A stretch of 64,000 nt of DNA, taken from positions 736,001 to 800,000 of the forward strand of contig CM000434.1 in NCBI GenBank assembly GCA_000165345.1. Direction: 5' to 3'. Each line of letters starts with the position of its first letter. Positions within the stretch are counted from its first letter, which is position 1. Position numbers and translations under genes: made by a program. Of this stretch, positions 32,021 through 43,900 are shown piece after piece. Under the pieces are notes generated by a model. It was given only the letters and a program-made list of their open reading frames with translations, was not told the origin of the DNA and did no database searches.

Positions 32021-35000
32021 CTAACAATGGTCTCTGGGCAGAGTCTGTTTTTTTATACTACTTAAAAACTGTGAAAGCCTTCCAACTGAATCTTTCTTGC
32101 TTCCATTCAGAAATAATTTGCTTTTTTGTATATTTGAAGGGGAGTTATAAAGGATATCAAAAGATCCGGTACCAATTTTTATAGGCTTACCCATTATAAC
32201 ACATTCACTAACACCAAATACTGGATCAACTCTATTCTGAAAAGCTGCTTCAAATAAATGCTCATTCGTCTCCTCAAATGATGCCAACATAAGTGTTGAA
32301 GTACGCATCTTTTGAATACCAAATCTAGAAATACCCAAGACGTCTCCTCTAAAAGTCATGATGTCAGCTAGTAACTGTATATGCCTTAGATCAATATCCA
32401 TACTATAAGCATCCATACATTTCTGTACTTCTTGAATAATTACTTTTCTTGCTGCTTCAATTCCAAGTACTTCTCTTACCTCCATTACATGATTTGATAC
32501 TGTTGTTGTACCAATTATACCATTGATACCCATCAATTTTAAAAGTCCATATCCTTCTACTGCAAGACTATAACACTTTCTCTTCTCTCCAGTGATTGGA
32601 TCTTCCTTATCATCCTGCCTAATTACACTTCTTTTTATCCCAGGTATACCACTAACTACAACATTTTGTAAACCTTTTTTAAGTAATTGTGTCTGGAAAT
32701 AAACATTCATTGTATTTCCAATACCGGTATTTAATGTATTAACGTTACCGGTACCGTTAATATTATTAGATGAAGATCCAATTTGTGAAATTCCACCGCC
32801 AATAAGAATTGAAAGTTTCCAAAGATCAAGAACTTGAATATCTTCTAATTTAAGTTTAATCTTTGAGATAGGTCCGTGACTAACTATAGAATCTCTTACA
32901 GTGTATGCATTAATATCAAGATAATGGCCTTTAATGGTTTCTTCATTAAGATTTATGTTAATAAAGACTCCATTTGGTGAATAAAGCTCTTCAATATCAG
33001 AAACTACTTCGTTTAAAAGTGTTTTTACAATAGATCCTTTAACTATTTGGGCATAATTAAAGTCTGAATCATTTTCAAGCTTAGCTTCAATAATAGGGGT
33101 AAGAATCTTCGTAGCAGCATTAATGATTTCTTTAATTCTTGGTACTCCCAAAGTAACATTCATACTAGCAACTCCTGCAAAGTGGAAAGTTTTTAAAGTC
33201 ATTTGAGTTCCTGGCTCTCCAATAGATTGAGCAGCAATTGCTCCAACAGCTTCACCTGGTTCTGTGATTGCTTTCATGTACTTACTCCAACTCGCTTTAA
33301 TGAATTCATACAATTGTCTAATAGTAATAGCATATTCAGGATTATATCTTATAGACTTGAATTCTGAAGAGTAAGTAGATGAGGAGATTCCAAATTCTCC
33401 TTCATCATCAATAATTCTCCTCTTTGAAGAGTTTACAGCATTAATGAAAGAGCCTACTTCCATACTTCTCTTCCTTCCTCCGAGACTTTCTTCTTCCTGT
33501 TTTTTTTCTCCTAATTCTGTCTCTATGTTATCACTATTAGGAATAATTACAGAATAGAATCTTCGGATATACCTGGAGAATTCACTAAGTTCCTTAGATC
33601 TTCCTAAAGATGCAATTCTGGAAACATTTGGATCATGTTGAAGGATTTGCATAAACCACTCGGAGTCTAATCTGGAATCATTATAGAAATCTTCAATAAT
33701 TTGCATGTAATCTTCCAATTTGAGTCCCTCCTTTTCTCCTTGAGCTTTTCTATAGTTTGAAATTTTCTCAATATGGGAAACCAAAAACTTCCTCATATTA
33801 TTTGAGAATATATTCAATTTATGAGTCTTTTCTTGGTGAGTTGGTGACTCTAAAATTGAAATCTTTTGATGGACTAAAAGAGAGCTTGGAACAAGCTCTC
33901 TTGTCATCCTAATCAAGAATTCCATCCATTTCAGCATCTCAAAAGGAATTAGAGGTACATTTGTATCCATAATTGGCAAGTAATTGTAGATCAAATAGTG
34001 AGCTAATACACTATTTCTCATACAAATACATGTCTCGTTATTCCTACACCACTTTAATCCATTCTTTGTATACCAAATCTTCAAAGTCGTCAATTTATCC
34101 ATTACTGATTTCGGAATCTCCTTGGACTCATTTTCAAAGTACTTTGGATCAAATATGATCTGGCTAATACTTTGACTGCAATAATCAGAAGAAAACTGAA
34201 AATCTTCTAGTTTCTGTTCCTCCAATTGTTCTACCTTAACACCGATATTCTCCTCTTGTTTTATCATTTGTTCCTCTTTCCCCAAATTCTCCTCTTTATC
34301 TTCTTCTTCTTCCTTTATATCTACCATTCTTTTAAGCTTTGATCTAATTACACCTTCTCCCATCTTTTTCTTTGCTCTTCTTCTCTCCTCCTCTTCCTTT
34401 TCTTTTTTAATCCTTCTTTCCTCTTCCTCACGTTTTTTTTCTATCTGAACCAATAAATCATCTATTTCATCAAATATTAGCTCTTTTTTAAAATCACCAG
34501 TATCGACGGTATTTATAGTGCATGCATGTGCATCATTTGTTCCCGCCGGCGCCAACGAATTATTTAAAAGTTCACATGAACCATTAGATAGATAGTTTTC
34601 AAAAAGCAAAATAAGGTGGTTAACAACTTCATTTGAGGGTGGGAGAAGTTTAAATCTGTGAATATTTCGGTCATTTTTTGTTTCTTCCATAGTGGAGTTT
34701 GAATCACAAGAATTTGTTGAGGATTTTCTTTTGGATCTTTTGGAATTTGATGGTTTGGGGTTTTCTGAAATATTTAAATCATTCTTCAGGGGTTGATTTT
34801 CTAAAAAGTTGAGATAATTGTTAAATAGGAAGTAAAAGTTGGAATGGACTTTAGTTTGCGAGTAAATATGTTTGAAAAGCTTTCCAAAATTAACAAGTTC
34901 TAACTTTTCTTCCATAAGCATTGGATTAAGTCCGTCATCTCCATATATGAATTGAATAATCTGTCCATCACTTGTTCTTACTGTTTGGTCATATTTGATA

Positions 35001-37636
35001 CAAAGATCTTCTAATGCTTTCACAAGTCTTCTTTGCATATATCCTGTTTCAGCTGTCTTAACAGCTGTATCAACTAGTCCCTCTCTCCCTGACATTGTAT
35101 GGAAGAAAAATTCATCAGGTTGTAATCCTGAAAAAAAGCTATTACCTACAAATCCTCTACTTCTTCCATCAACACAATTCATCTTGAAATGAGGAAGAGT
35201 TCTATTGGTAAAGCCATTTTGAATTCTTTGTCCAGCAACATTTTGTTGGCCTACACAGGCAACCATTTGAGCTATATTAATTAGTTGACCTTTTGCTCCT
35301 GATAGATACATAAGAAGAGGTTTGTTAGAAGGAGGGAGACTAATATGAGAAGCTTTACCTGCTTCATTTCTAATATCGTCTAGAATCTTTTTTACTTTAA
35401 GTTCTAAAGTATCTTCAAGAGAAAGACCAGGATGAGGAGTTAGTTTCCCCTTTTCGTATGAATTAATCTCATCTTGAACTCTTTGATACCCATCTTCTAA
35501 TAGATTCTTTTTTGCTACAAGAAGTTCAGCATTTGGAGTAACATCATCGATTCCAATTGTCATTCCTTTATTAGCTAAATACCGTGAGACAAATCTAGAA
35601 ATACGTCCCATACATTCTGAGCTCTTTTTTGCATTGTTTTCAAGTAATATATAGAAAAAGAGTCCTTCCTTAGATCCTCCTCCAAGTACTTTCTTTCCTA
35701 TTGCTCCTGCTAAAAGTTCAGAATGTCTCACCACTACATAACCTTCATTAGGACAAAGATCTTTTAGATCTGATTTTGAGTCATAGTCTCTTTCTTTTAA
35801 TTCAAATGAAACATCTATTCTCTCTTTTTCATTCGAGTTTGGTCTTAATATCATATTAAATACCTGTTTTCCTGTCCAAAGCTCTACAGGCTTTAGAATT
35901 GTTGGAGGAGGTAGCTCCATTGGTATTTGTCCATTTGAAAAGTGACAACAGTATTGGGAGAACTGATCTCTTGTTAAGAATATATCTCTTCCTGTTAGTA
36001 CATACATTCCTAAAAGAAAATCTTGAGTTGCTGCTATCAGAGGTTCTCCGTTTCTTGGAGTTACTAAGTTATTCATAAGTCCCATCAAATGTTTGGATTC
36101 TGATCTAGCTAGTTCATTCTGAGGAAGATGAAGATTCATTTCATCTCCATCGAAATCTGCATTATAAGGAGCACAAGCACATTCATTGAATCTAAAAGTT
36201 CTCCATGGCATAACTACAACTTTGTGAGACATAATACTAAGTCTATGTAAACTTGGTTGTCTATTGAATAAGACGATATCTCCAGTTTTCATATGTCTTT
36301 CTACAATATCTCCAATCTCAAGACGCTCTGATACAACTCTTCTATTAGCATATCTAAGACTAGATTTGCTTCCATTACTCTTATAAACATAGCATGCTCC
36401 TGGCCAAATATCATGTCCATTTAGAACAGCTTCTCTTAAAGAGTCAATATTAATAGCATTAACTCTTTCGGGATAAGTCAATTTCTTTGCAATGATCATA
36501 GGTACCACAACTTCATCAACTTCAATATTAGGGTCAGGAGAAATAACAGTTCTTCCACTAAAATCAACTCTTTTACCACTCAAATTTCCTCTGAAACGTC
36601 CTTCTTTACCTTTAAGCCTCTGACATACTCCTCTTCCAGCTTTTGGGATATTCTTACTAGCTAAGAGTTGGTTAACTCCTGGAGCATCAGCATTAATTAG
36701 TCTAGTGCATTGAAGCTGAAGAAATTCCCAATTCCCAAGTAACTGAAAAGTTTGAAATCCTGATTTCATTTGAGATTTGATAATATTATTCAAATCAGTA
36801 ATTTCAGACAGAATTACTGTCAAGTCATCCTCATTACTCCCAGATTCTCCCATAGTAACTGATGGTCTAATACAATTAGGTGGGACAGGAAGGCGTGAAA
36901 TGAGTAGATTTCCAGGCTTAAAAGTTTCAAGAATATCCAAATCTTGATATGGAACTCTTTCTAAAAGTGTTTGAACAAAAATTGGAGTTAAATCCTCAAC
37001 ATATTCTTTACCATCAACTTTAATAGTATGAGTTAACTTCATAAACTGGTCTAAAGTTGGTCTAATTGTTCTCCTTAGTTGACCTTGCTGAGACATACAT
37101 CTTGGACATGTTTTGACTTTCTTACATCTCTCAACAAGCTTTCTAAATTGTAATCTATAAGAATGAGCAATAGAATATGACTGTTTTAGCCTGGCAAGAT
37201 GCTGACGTTTCTCCTCTCCTTTAAGGAGAAAAGCTCCACAACTCTTACAGATACAACACAAAACTCCATATAAATGCTTAAAATAACCAACATGAAAGAC
37301 AGGTTGTTGTAGATCAATATAACCCCAATGACCTCCACAAGTCTTTAAAGTACCTCCACAACTGGAACACTGAGCATCAGCCCTATGAGCTCCTAATCTT
37401 GAATCTAAAACCCCTCCTTGAAGTGGTATATTTGTCATTGGTCTATAAATCTCTCTATGCAAAACTTCCATATGGGCAGATCTAGCAATTTCATCCTTTC
37501 CCATTGCAGAGAACTCAACTGCTTCAATATTTCGTCTTTTAAAGACATTGACTACATTTTCCTTACTAAGATTCACATTTTTTGGAATCAAAAGCTCCTT
37601 ATCTCCAACTTTAATCCTTGTTCTGATCGTCGACAT
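32021..37636 (-). CDS. RPC1: DNA-directed RNA polymerase III largest subunit (RPC1/C160) with a large lineage-specific insertion
   Basis: 1871 aa. The N-terminal clamp 'GHWGYIDLQQPVFHVGYFKHLYGVLCCICKSCGAFLL' matches Pol III (cf. GHYGYIDLELPCFHVGYF). Active site YNADFDGDEMNLHLPQ. A ~400-aa K/E-rich and Asn/Ser-rich insertion occupies the middle (approx. nt 33650-34925). ATG at 37634-37636 verified. Confidence 0.8.
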   Translation of the reverse strand: MSTIRTRIKVGDKELLIPKNVNLSKENVVNVFKRRNIEAVEFSAMGKDEIARSAHMEVLHREIYRPMTNIPLQGGVLDSRLGAHRADAQCSSCGGTLKTCGGHWGYIDLQQPVFHVGYFKHLYGVLCCICKSCGAFLLKGEEKRQHLARLKQSYSIAHSYRLQFRKLVERCKKVKTCPRCMSQQGQLRRTIRPTLDQFMKLTHTIKVDGKEYVEDLTPIFVQTLLERVPYQDLDILETFKPGNLLISRLPVPPNCIRPSVTMGESGSNEDDLTVILSEITDLNNIIKSQMKSGFQTFQLLGNWEFLQLQCTRLINADAPGVNQLLASKNIPKAGRGVCQRLKGKEGRFRGNLSGKRVDFSGRTVISPDPNIEVDEVVVPMIIAKKLTYPERVNAINIDSLREAVLNGHDIWPGACYVYKSNGSKSSLRYANRRVVSERLEIGDIVERHMKTGDIVLFNRQPSLHRLSIMSHKVVVMPWRTFRFNECACAPYNADFDGDEMNLHLPQNELARSESKHLMGLMNNLVTPRNGEPLIAATQDFLLGMYVLTGRDIFLTRDQFSQYCCHFSNGQIPMELPPPTILKPVELWTGKQVFNMILRPNSNEKERIDVSFELKERDYDSKSDLKDLCPNEGYVVVRHSELLAGAIGKKVLGGGSKEGLFFYILLENNAKKSSECMGRISRFVSRYLANKGMTIGIDDVTPNAELLVAKKNLLEDGYQRVQDEINSYEKGKLTPHPGLSLEDTLELKVKKILDDIRNEAGKASHISLPPSNKPLLMYLSGAKGQLINIAQMVACVGQQNVAGQRIQNGFTNRTLPHFKMNCVDGRSRGFVGNSFFSGLQPDEFFFHTMSGREGLVDTAVKTAETGYMQRRLVKALEDLCIKYDQTVRTSDGQIIQFIYGDDGLNPMLMEEKLELVNFGKLFKHIYSQTKVHSNFYFLFNNYLNFLENQPLKNDLNISENPKPSNSKRSKRKSSTNSCDSNSTMEETKNDRNIHRFKLLPPSNEVVNHLILLFENYLSNGSCELLNNSLAPAGTNDAHACTINTVDTGDFKKELIFDEIDDLLVQIEKKREEEERRIKKEKEEEERRRAKKKMGEGVIRSKLKRMVDIKEEEEDKEENLGKEEQMIKQEENIGVKVEQLEEQKLEDFQFSSDYCSQSISQIIFDPKYFENESKEIPKSVMDKLTTLKIWYTKNGLKWCRNNETCICMRNSVLAHYLIYNYLPIMDTNVPLIPFEMLKWMEFLIRMTRELVPSSLLVHQKISILESPTHQEKTHKLNIFSNNMRKFLVSHIEKISNYRKAQGEKEGLKLEDYMQIIEDFYNDSRLDSEWFMQILQHDPNVSRIASLGRSKELSEFSRYIRRFYSVIIPNSDNIETELGEKKQEEESLGGRKRSMEVGSFINAVNSSKRRIIDDEGEFGISSSTYSSEFKSIRYNPEYAITIRQLYEFIKASWSKYMKAITEPGEAVGAIAAQSIGEPGTQMTLKTFHFAGVASMNVTLGVPRIKEIINAATKILTPIIEAKLENDSDFNYAQIVKGSIVKTLLNEVVSDIEELYSPNGVFININLNEETIKGHYLDINAYTVRDSIVSHGPISKIKLKLEDIQVLDLWKLSILIGGGISQIGSSSNNINGTGNVNTLNTGIGNTMNVYFQTQLLKKGLQNVVVSGIPGIKRSVIRQDDKEDPITGEKRKCYSLAVEGYGLLKLMGINGIIGTTTVSNHVMEVREVLGIEAARKVIIQEVQKCMDAYSMDIDLRHIQLLADIMTFRGDVLGISRFGIQKMRTSTLMLASFEETNEHLFEAAFQNRVDPVFGVSECVIMGKPIKIGTGSFDILYNSPSNIQKSKLFLNGSKKDSVGRLSQFLSSIKKQTLPRDHC

Positions 37637-38261
37637 GTTAAATTTTGACTTTCTCTCCTGGATTTCCTCGAAAATAGCAATTAAATCAGTTGTATTTCTT
37701 CCTCCTTTGAAACTTTTTAATGTTTAAATTACACAATGTCTACTATTACCATGAATAACTCCAGTTTTACCTCCTCTTTTCATTTCATTGCTCAATCCTG
37801 CTCTTGACCAACACAATACTGAGTCTTAATTATTCTATCTAAACCCTTTCTCTATTTCTGCTTCTTTTCCTCCGTTTTCTTCCCCTTTTTTCATTCAAAA
37901 TAAACTAAATTTTTCAGAATGGTAGTTTTTTTAGTCATCTTAAATTAATTCAGAAATTCCAAAAAGCCCGCCTAAATTTTATGTCAATAATAACCAAAAA
38001 TAGGCAACCGGTATATGGGAAAAAAAGAATAAAGTAAAAAAAAAGTTGGGGGGGAAGTGAGGATTAGAATGATTTAGGATATTGAAGAATAAATTAGTCA
38101 AAAGTATTTGGCAGAATATAGGTTTTCTGAAGAATAAGAGAGATTGATTAAGAATTGTAAAAGAAATTATAGAGTTTAATATTACTTGAAAATATGAAAA
38201 AAAATTAGAATTTGCATGCAAAGCCCGCCAAAACATAAATATATTTTAAGGAAGAATTGAA

Positions 38262-39143
38262 TTAAGATGATTGAGAGTTTTCAGAATGATTGGAATCAGA
38301 TTCGGATGAATGATATGAATCTGATTCTGAGATGAGTTCTTGTGGTATAGATGCAATATTAAATGTTCCTTTAGTGGGGAGACCACATTGAAAGCATTTT
38401 GAGGTATTAGTATAATGACTAAAGGCACATTTTTCGCAGAAATAGTGATTACAGAGGGTAACAACAGGATTTGAGTCAGATTTCCACTTTTTATTACAAA
38501 TAGAACATTTCTTTGGAAGTTTATTATTGTTAGTTGAATTAGATGATAGGTTTCCATCTCCAATACTAGATTTGTCTTTAGAAATAGATTCAATCTTTAG
38601 TCTCTTTTTTTTCTGCTCTATTTCCCATTCTTTATCAAGTTTCCAACCACTTTTGAAGTCACTCCTATCATGAAGGAATTTGCATGTATCTCCAAAACCA
38701 CAGTATCCAGTTTCTTTAAAATCTTTACAAATATCATGCTGGTAATCAATCATCAAAGTAAGTTTAATATTTGGATTTCTGGATTCTAAAGTATCATATT
38801 TTTTCTCTGAATAGATACTCTTAGAAGTTTCTTTCTTAGGAGGATTTGGGTCATGTAGGTCTAAGTCATAGTTATTTACGATATTATCACGACTAAACTT
38901 TCGATTATTTTTATGGGAAAAGATAGTAACAAGTTCATCAAGTTTTTCATCTTTTTCAAAATCTGAGTCTTTTACAAGATCTGAATCCTTTTTTAGCAAG
39001 TTTCTTTTCTTAATTTCATCAATATCTGTATTTAAGGACCCTTGAAAAGTTCTTTCCTCAAGTGTTTTTGGTTGGTTTTCCTCAAAATTATCATTTTGAA
39101 TCTTTCTAATCTGTTCTTTGCTAACATTTCTCTTCTTAAACAT
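38262..39143 (-). CDS. CWC24: Cwc24/RNF113-type splicing factor (CCCH zinc finger + RING)
   Basis: '[29 protein letters not shown]' matches the RNF113A CCCH finger ([29 protein letters not shown]). Followed by a C3HC4 RING 'CSICNKKW…[37 protein letters not shown]'. Confidence 0.85.
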   Translation of the reverse strand: [293 protein letters not shown]

Positions 39144-39284
39144 TATTCTTATCAGAGAAAATGAGAAAGAATTTAAATACTTTAATTCTTTTCGAGATCA
39201 AAGCAAAAATGGGTTTGGCGCCAAAATCATGTATATGAAAAAAATACCAAGTAAATAGTCTAAAAGTTGATTTGGAAATAGGAG

Positions 39285-40693
39285 ATGACTGAGACTCAGA
39301 AAACTCTGCATTTGCTTGAGGGTAAGTTAATTTGTGAGTGTTGAGAGTTGGTTAGTATTGGTGGAATGTTTTATCAATATAATTAGTAACATCTTCATTT
39401 TCTATGAAATGTACTTTATTGCAATATGGAATAAGAGGAAGAAATAAGGGAATGTTCAAGCTTTTCTTTTCTTAGTTTTTTTATTTCTTTAGTTTTCTAT
39501 TATTCCTTTGTTTCTCAATCTTTCTCATTACTCACTTTCTCTCTAACTCAATTTCTAACTTTGCGATTTTTAGAAGCAGAGTATGTGGTAAGGAGTCTAT
39601 TGGAATTTGAAAAAGATGATTTGGAGAAAGGATTACAGGATTATGTGGCATTGAAATCAAAAATGGAAGTTTTAATTCGTAAGACTAGTAAGTATAAGAA
39701 GTTTCTTGCAATCAAAGACCCTTCTAAACAGATTTATGGTCCAAAGATGCTTGAAAAGATGAGAAATATGTGTTCAAGGTTTGAAGATATAGATGAGATA
39801 TTTGAGGAGCAGTTAAATCCAATTTACGAAAGTGTAGAGGCTGAGTATAATAGGAAGTTGTTGGAAATGGATCAGGAAGAAAGGAGGAGAAAAGAAGAAG
39901 AGTTTAAGAGAAAAGTTCAGCAAGGCATCCAAGAGACTTATCTTGAAGAAAAAAGGCGATTAGAGAAGCTAAAGGAGAAACAAGAGGAAGAGAAACGAAG
40001 GAAAGAAGCTTTGGAACGTTTAAATCAAGAGGAGAAAGAAAGATTGGAAAAAATGAACAGAAATATAGAGATAATGAGTATTTTTATTAAAGAATTGGAA
40101 ACTGGAGAAGTTTTGAATGAGTTTAAAGATACTCAAGTTTATTCAAAATTGGAAATTTACGAATTTAAGATAATAGGGATTGGAATATTGTTATTATTGA
40201 GACAAGAGTTAGATTTGAAGGAGTTTTATACTTGTATTGGATTAGTTTCAGATCTTCTTGTATCTATATTAAAGTAAGTTGATTCAAATATAGTTTAAAT
40301 TAAAGCTAAATAATATTGTTCATTTGAATTTTAAATAGAGATCCATCTGATATTAAGTATCGTTTGTTAAGGATGAATAATGAGAACTTTTTTAAATCTT
40401 TTGGAGACAAGAAAGGATCATTTGCAATATTCTATGGAATTGGATTTAGAATAATTCAATCAGAAGAAAGAAAAGAATACTTTGAGATTTTATCTTCAGA
40501 TAAGGATCTTGGAATAAATGTGAGCCGTCTAAATTCAAATGATGAGTATTTAATACTTAGAGAACCTGATCCAATTGATCAATTTGAGATTTGGGTAACT
40601 TGGATGGAAAAATTGAGTTTAATTAACGACATATTGGTAAGTTTTATGAATATTGAAATTGGGATAGAATATCCACATTTCAAAGGAAAATAA
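39285..40693 (+). CDS. PUB-domain (p97/VCP-interacting) coiled-coil protein; 3 exons including a 37-nt first exon
   Basis: Exon 1 is 39285..39321 (MTETQKTLHLLE + 1 nt), followed by a GTAAGT donor. Intron 1 is 39322..39573, ending in the acceptor 'ttttag'. Exon 2 is 39574..40273; the track's '39561' start is a TTG. A GTAAGT donor sits at 40274. Intron 2 is 40274..40338. Exon 3 is 40339..40693; the track's '40364' start is also TTG. The spliced protein is ~363 aa with a central R/K/E coiled coil and a C-terminal PUB-like domain (…IGILLLLRQELDLKEFYTCIGLVSDLLVSILKDPSDIKYRLLRMNNENFFKSFGDKKGSFAIFYGIGFRII). Confidence 0.55.
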
Positions 40694-40936
40694 GCTATTT
40701 TAAAGTTGGATAAACAAAACCTACTCTATTATAATAACTTATAGAAAGAAATATTAACACTTAGATATGATAGAGACCTTAAAAAAGATGATATAGAAAA
40801 ACTATTAGTAAACATTATATTAAGTATAATCCAAGATAAACATTAGAGTATAGTAGATTGATAATAGTTTATAGAGTAGTACTATTATTTTGAGATTAGA
40901 TATAGTAAAATAACAATATGATTAGCTCAATTCAAC

Positions 40937-43900
40937 CTAATGATACAAATATTTACCATTTGAAATAGATTGATTATTATAATTTTGAAGTAATAATTGA
41001 TTTTCATTCTGGTTATTCTGGTAATAGTGGTTGTAATCTTCTCTATAGTATTCATGAATATCTTTGAAATGCTGTTTATGACCACCAACAATAATATTTA
41101 AGAGCAAAACTGATGTTAGAGAAATAATCAAACACATAACTAACAAAGTTGGGCCAAACTTATCATTATAAGAAATTGGCTCTTTAGTTTCCAAAGCTCT
41201 ATTTCTTTTCAAGTAAATATAATAAGAATAAGCAATAAAGAAAATAGCAACAGGAGCCATAATTAAACCACATATACGACCAACTTGTGTTCCAAAACTA
41301 AGTAAAGAAACGGAAATAGTTGCCAATAAAACTGACATATTCATCCACTGAAGTAATGTTCTCTCATTAGCAAAAAATGTCTTCGGTTCAACTCTAACAG
41401 CAGAAGATACACACTTTTTTTGAATATTATTAATACCATGATTTGCTGATCCTTCTCTACACAGGCAAAAAATTGACCTGAAAGTGCGCGCCAGTGCATG
41501 TGGAAAAGTCTGCTCATGCGCATGTACAATACCGGAATCCACGTCATTGCCAAGAAGTGGCACATGCAGTGTGTGCGGTTGGGATTGTGTGAGTTCGCGT
41601 TTAATTTCATTTTTTTTAATTGGTCGATTTTTAAGTTGATGAATATTTGAAAGAGTATGGGTACTATTTAAAGAAGAAAGGGAATTAGTTTGAATTTCAT
41701 TAGTAAGAATGCTGGCTTCTCTTTGAGCAGTGACTTCTTGATCGTGAAGAATTCTTGCATTTTTTCCAGTATGAAGAACATCAATTTTTAGTAAAGAATT
41801 ATTGAAAGAAGATTTTTCGTGTTCAAAAGATTGAAGTTGTTTGACCCCAATCAATTCCTTGTTTAAAGAAGCAGATCTGTTTAGACTTCGTACAGTTTGG
41901 GGTTCAGAGTTAGTATCTTTGATATTATTTGTAATTTCTTGTTGGCTTTCAGATTCTATAGCCATAAAATTGAACCAATGTGGAACTTGAAGTAAATTAT
42001 TACTGAATAAAAGAGCAGTACAAGTTTCAAGATTTGAAAATCCGTTAACTTCTGAAACAGAAGCAAGACCAAGAATATCTTTAAGTATTTCTCTGGGGTT
42101 AGAATTAGTGCTGGATAAGTTTCCAGAATCTTGGGAGAGACTTACACTTAAGATTCCGTGAGAAACAATTTTCATATTTTCTGATACTAATGCTTCAGTT
42201 TGGGGGCAAACAATGTAAGTATTATATAATATTGAAGGTCTCATATTGAAGATGGAGTTTGTTCCAAGTTCAGTGTTCACAATTTCACAATTGCTTCTAT
42301 TTGTTTCAGAACTCAGTTTCCTTTCACTTTGAGCAGGTAAATTATTCAATGACGAATTGTTTCTTTGGGAATGTTCATCTATTAATAATTCCAAGTCAAT
42401 TTCAGGCATAATCTTTAAGTTATTATCAATATGGACACATATATTTCTTTTTGGATTTGCAAAAGTTGTTCTATGGAACCAAAGATGTGAAAATGGTCCT
42501 AGTTTTCTAAATTGGATAAAATCTATAAAGCAATTAAGCAACATTATTTGGTCTTGTGAAAGGTTTCTTCTGGTTTCATTTAAATATGTATTCAAATCAA
42601 AGTTAAAAGATAGCGATGGATTCTTACTTTCACGTCTGAAATCCCCGTAAGTCTTAAGGATATGAAAAACATCTTTTTGTTGGATCAATAAGGTTTTACT
42701 ACTTACTAAGGCCTTTGATCCTTCAAAAGAAAAAGTTCTTTTTCCTCCTCCTTGACTCACTTGACTAGTATTTGTTGCTTGACTAACAAAGTTATTATTA
42801 TTCTTTGGTTCATGCCACTCAGTATTTGAACAACTTGGTTCCATTGGATGTATCCAATCCAAATTAAGCCATTGGTCTGGACTTCCTTCATTTTCTCCAT
42901 ACCATCTTAATCTAAATGTATAATCCAAGTATTTTTTTGGAACAATCTTCTCATCTGAGTATGCTTGAATCCTTCCAGATGAATTTTCCTCTATTTGATT
43001 CACTTGAGAGTTACAAGAGAATCTGGACCTTATTTCACGAATTCTATGGTATTCACTGAATTCTCTATTATCAAAATACAAATAAGATACTGTTGAGGTT
43101 TGCAATGTTAAAGAAGATACATTTTCTGTTGAAGCTGCCTTTTGAGAATTTGTATTATTATTTATTGGAGAAGATAAACATGGCTTGTTACTCATTCCAT
43201 CCTCTATATTCAATAGACCTATTGAAACTAGAGGAACTATTTTTGCTAATAGTACTTTAACCTTCATTACATCTTCAGCTAAAATAAGATGTTTTGAATG
43301 AAGTTCAAAAGGTGGATGTGTTGATATATCACTTTCTGATGTTTTATCACACTTTAAAGATTCTTCTTTCATCAGAAAAGCACTTTTTAGCGTTTCAATC
43401 TTTGAATAGCAGTTTGAAAGACTTTCAAGAAGTAAGTCCAAATTCATATTCATAAATGATTCTCTTGCAAGTCTTGCGAGATACCAAGAAGAAGAAGTTG
43501 ACTTATTCATCTTATCATATTTTTTGGTAATCTTTCTAAAGCCCGTATAATTCAGTTGTTGGTAACTTTCTAAAAATATTATTTCACCACTTTTACGTTC
43601 AAGTTGTTCAATTAAAGGCGAAATTAAGTCATCCAAAAGTTCTTTACTCATGCCAGATTGAAAAAATGAGCTATCGGAGTCATTTTGGTTATTATTATTA
43701 ACATTACTGGAGTTATTTATTATACCTAAATCTCTGCTAATTTGATCTATATATCCTTGAATTTGTTTAAGAGAATCTTTTATGTCAGTATACATAATAC
43801 TACTAAATGAATTAATCTTATCCAATTCATGGTTTAATAGATCCATAAATCTACTTTCTGCTGGCCTATATATGGATCCTGCTAAAGCTTTAATATTTCC

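Noticed and set aside
34540-34556. E2F-like ttcccgccggcgcc inside the RPC1 coding sequence, and gcgcgccagtgcatg at ~41486-41500 inside VTC4
   Set aside because: They are embedded in long continuous ORFs. Most likely chance or coding-constrained occurrences rather than promoters.
39561-40364. ORF-track start codons at 39561, 40364, 45818, 23563, 26571, 44086 and 63557
   Set aside because: These positions are TTG or GTG, since the track allows bacterial alternative starts. Eukaryotic translation needs ATG, so starts were reassigned to the first in-frame ATG or to upstream spliced exons.
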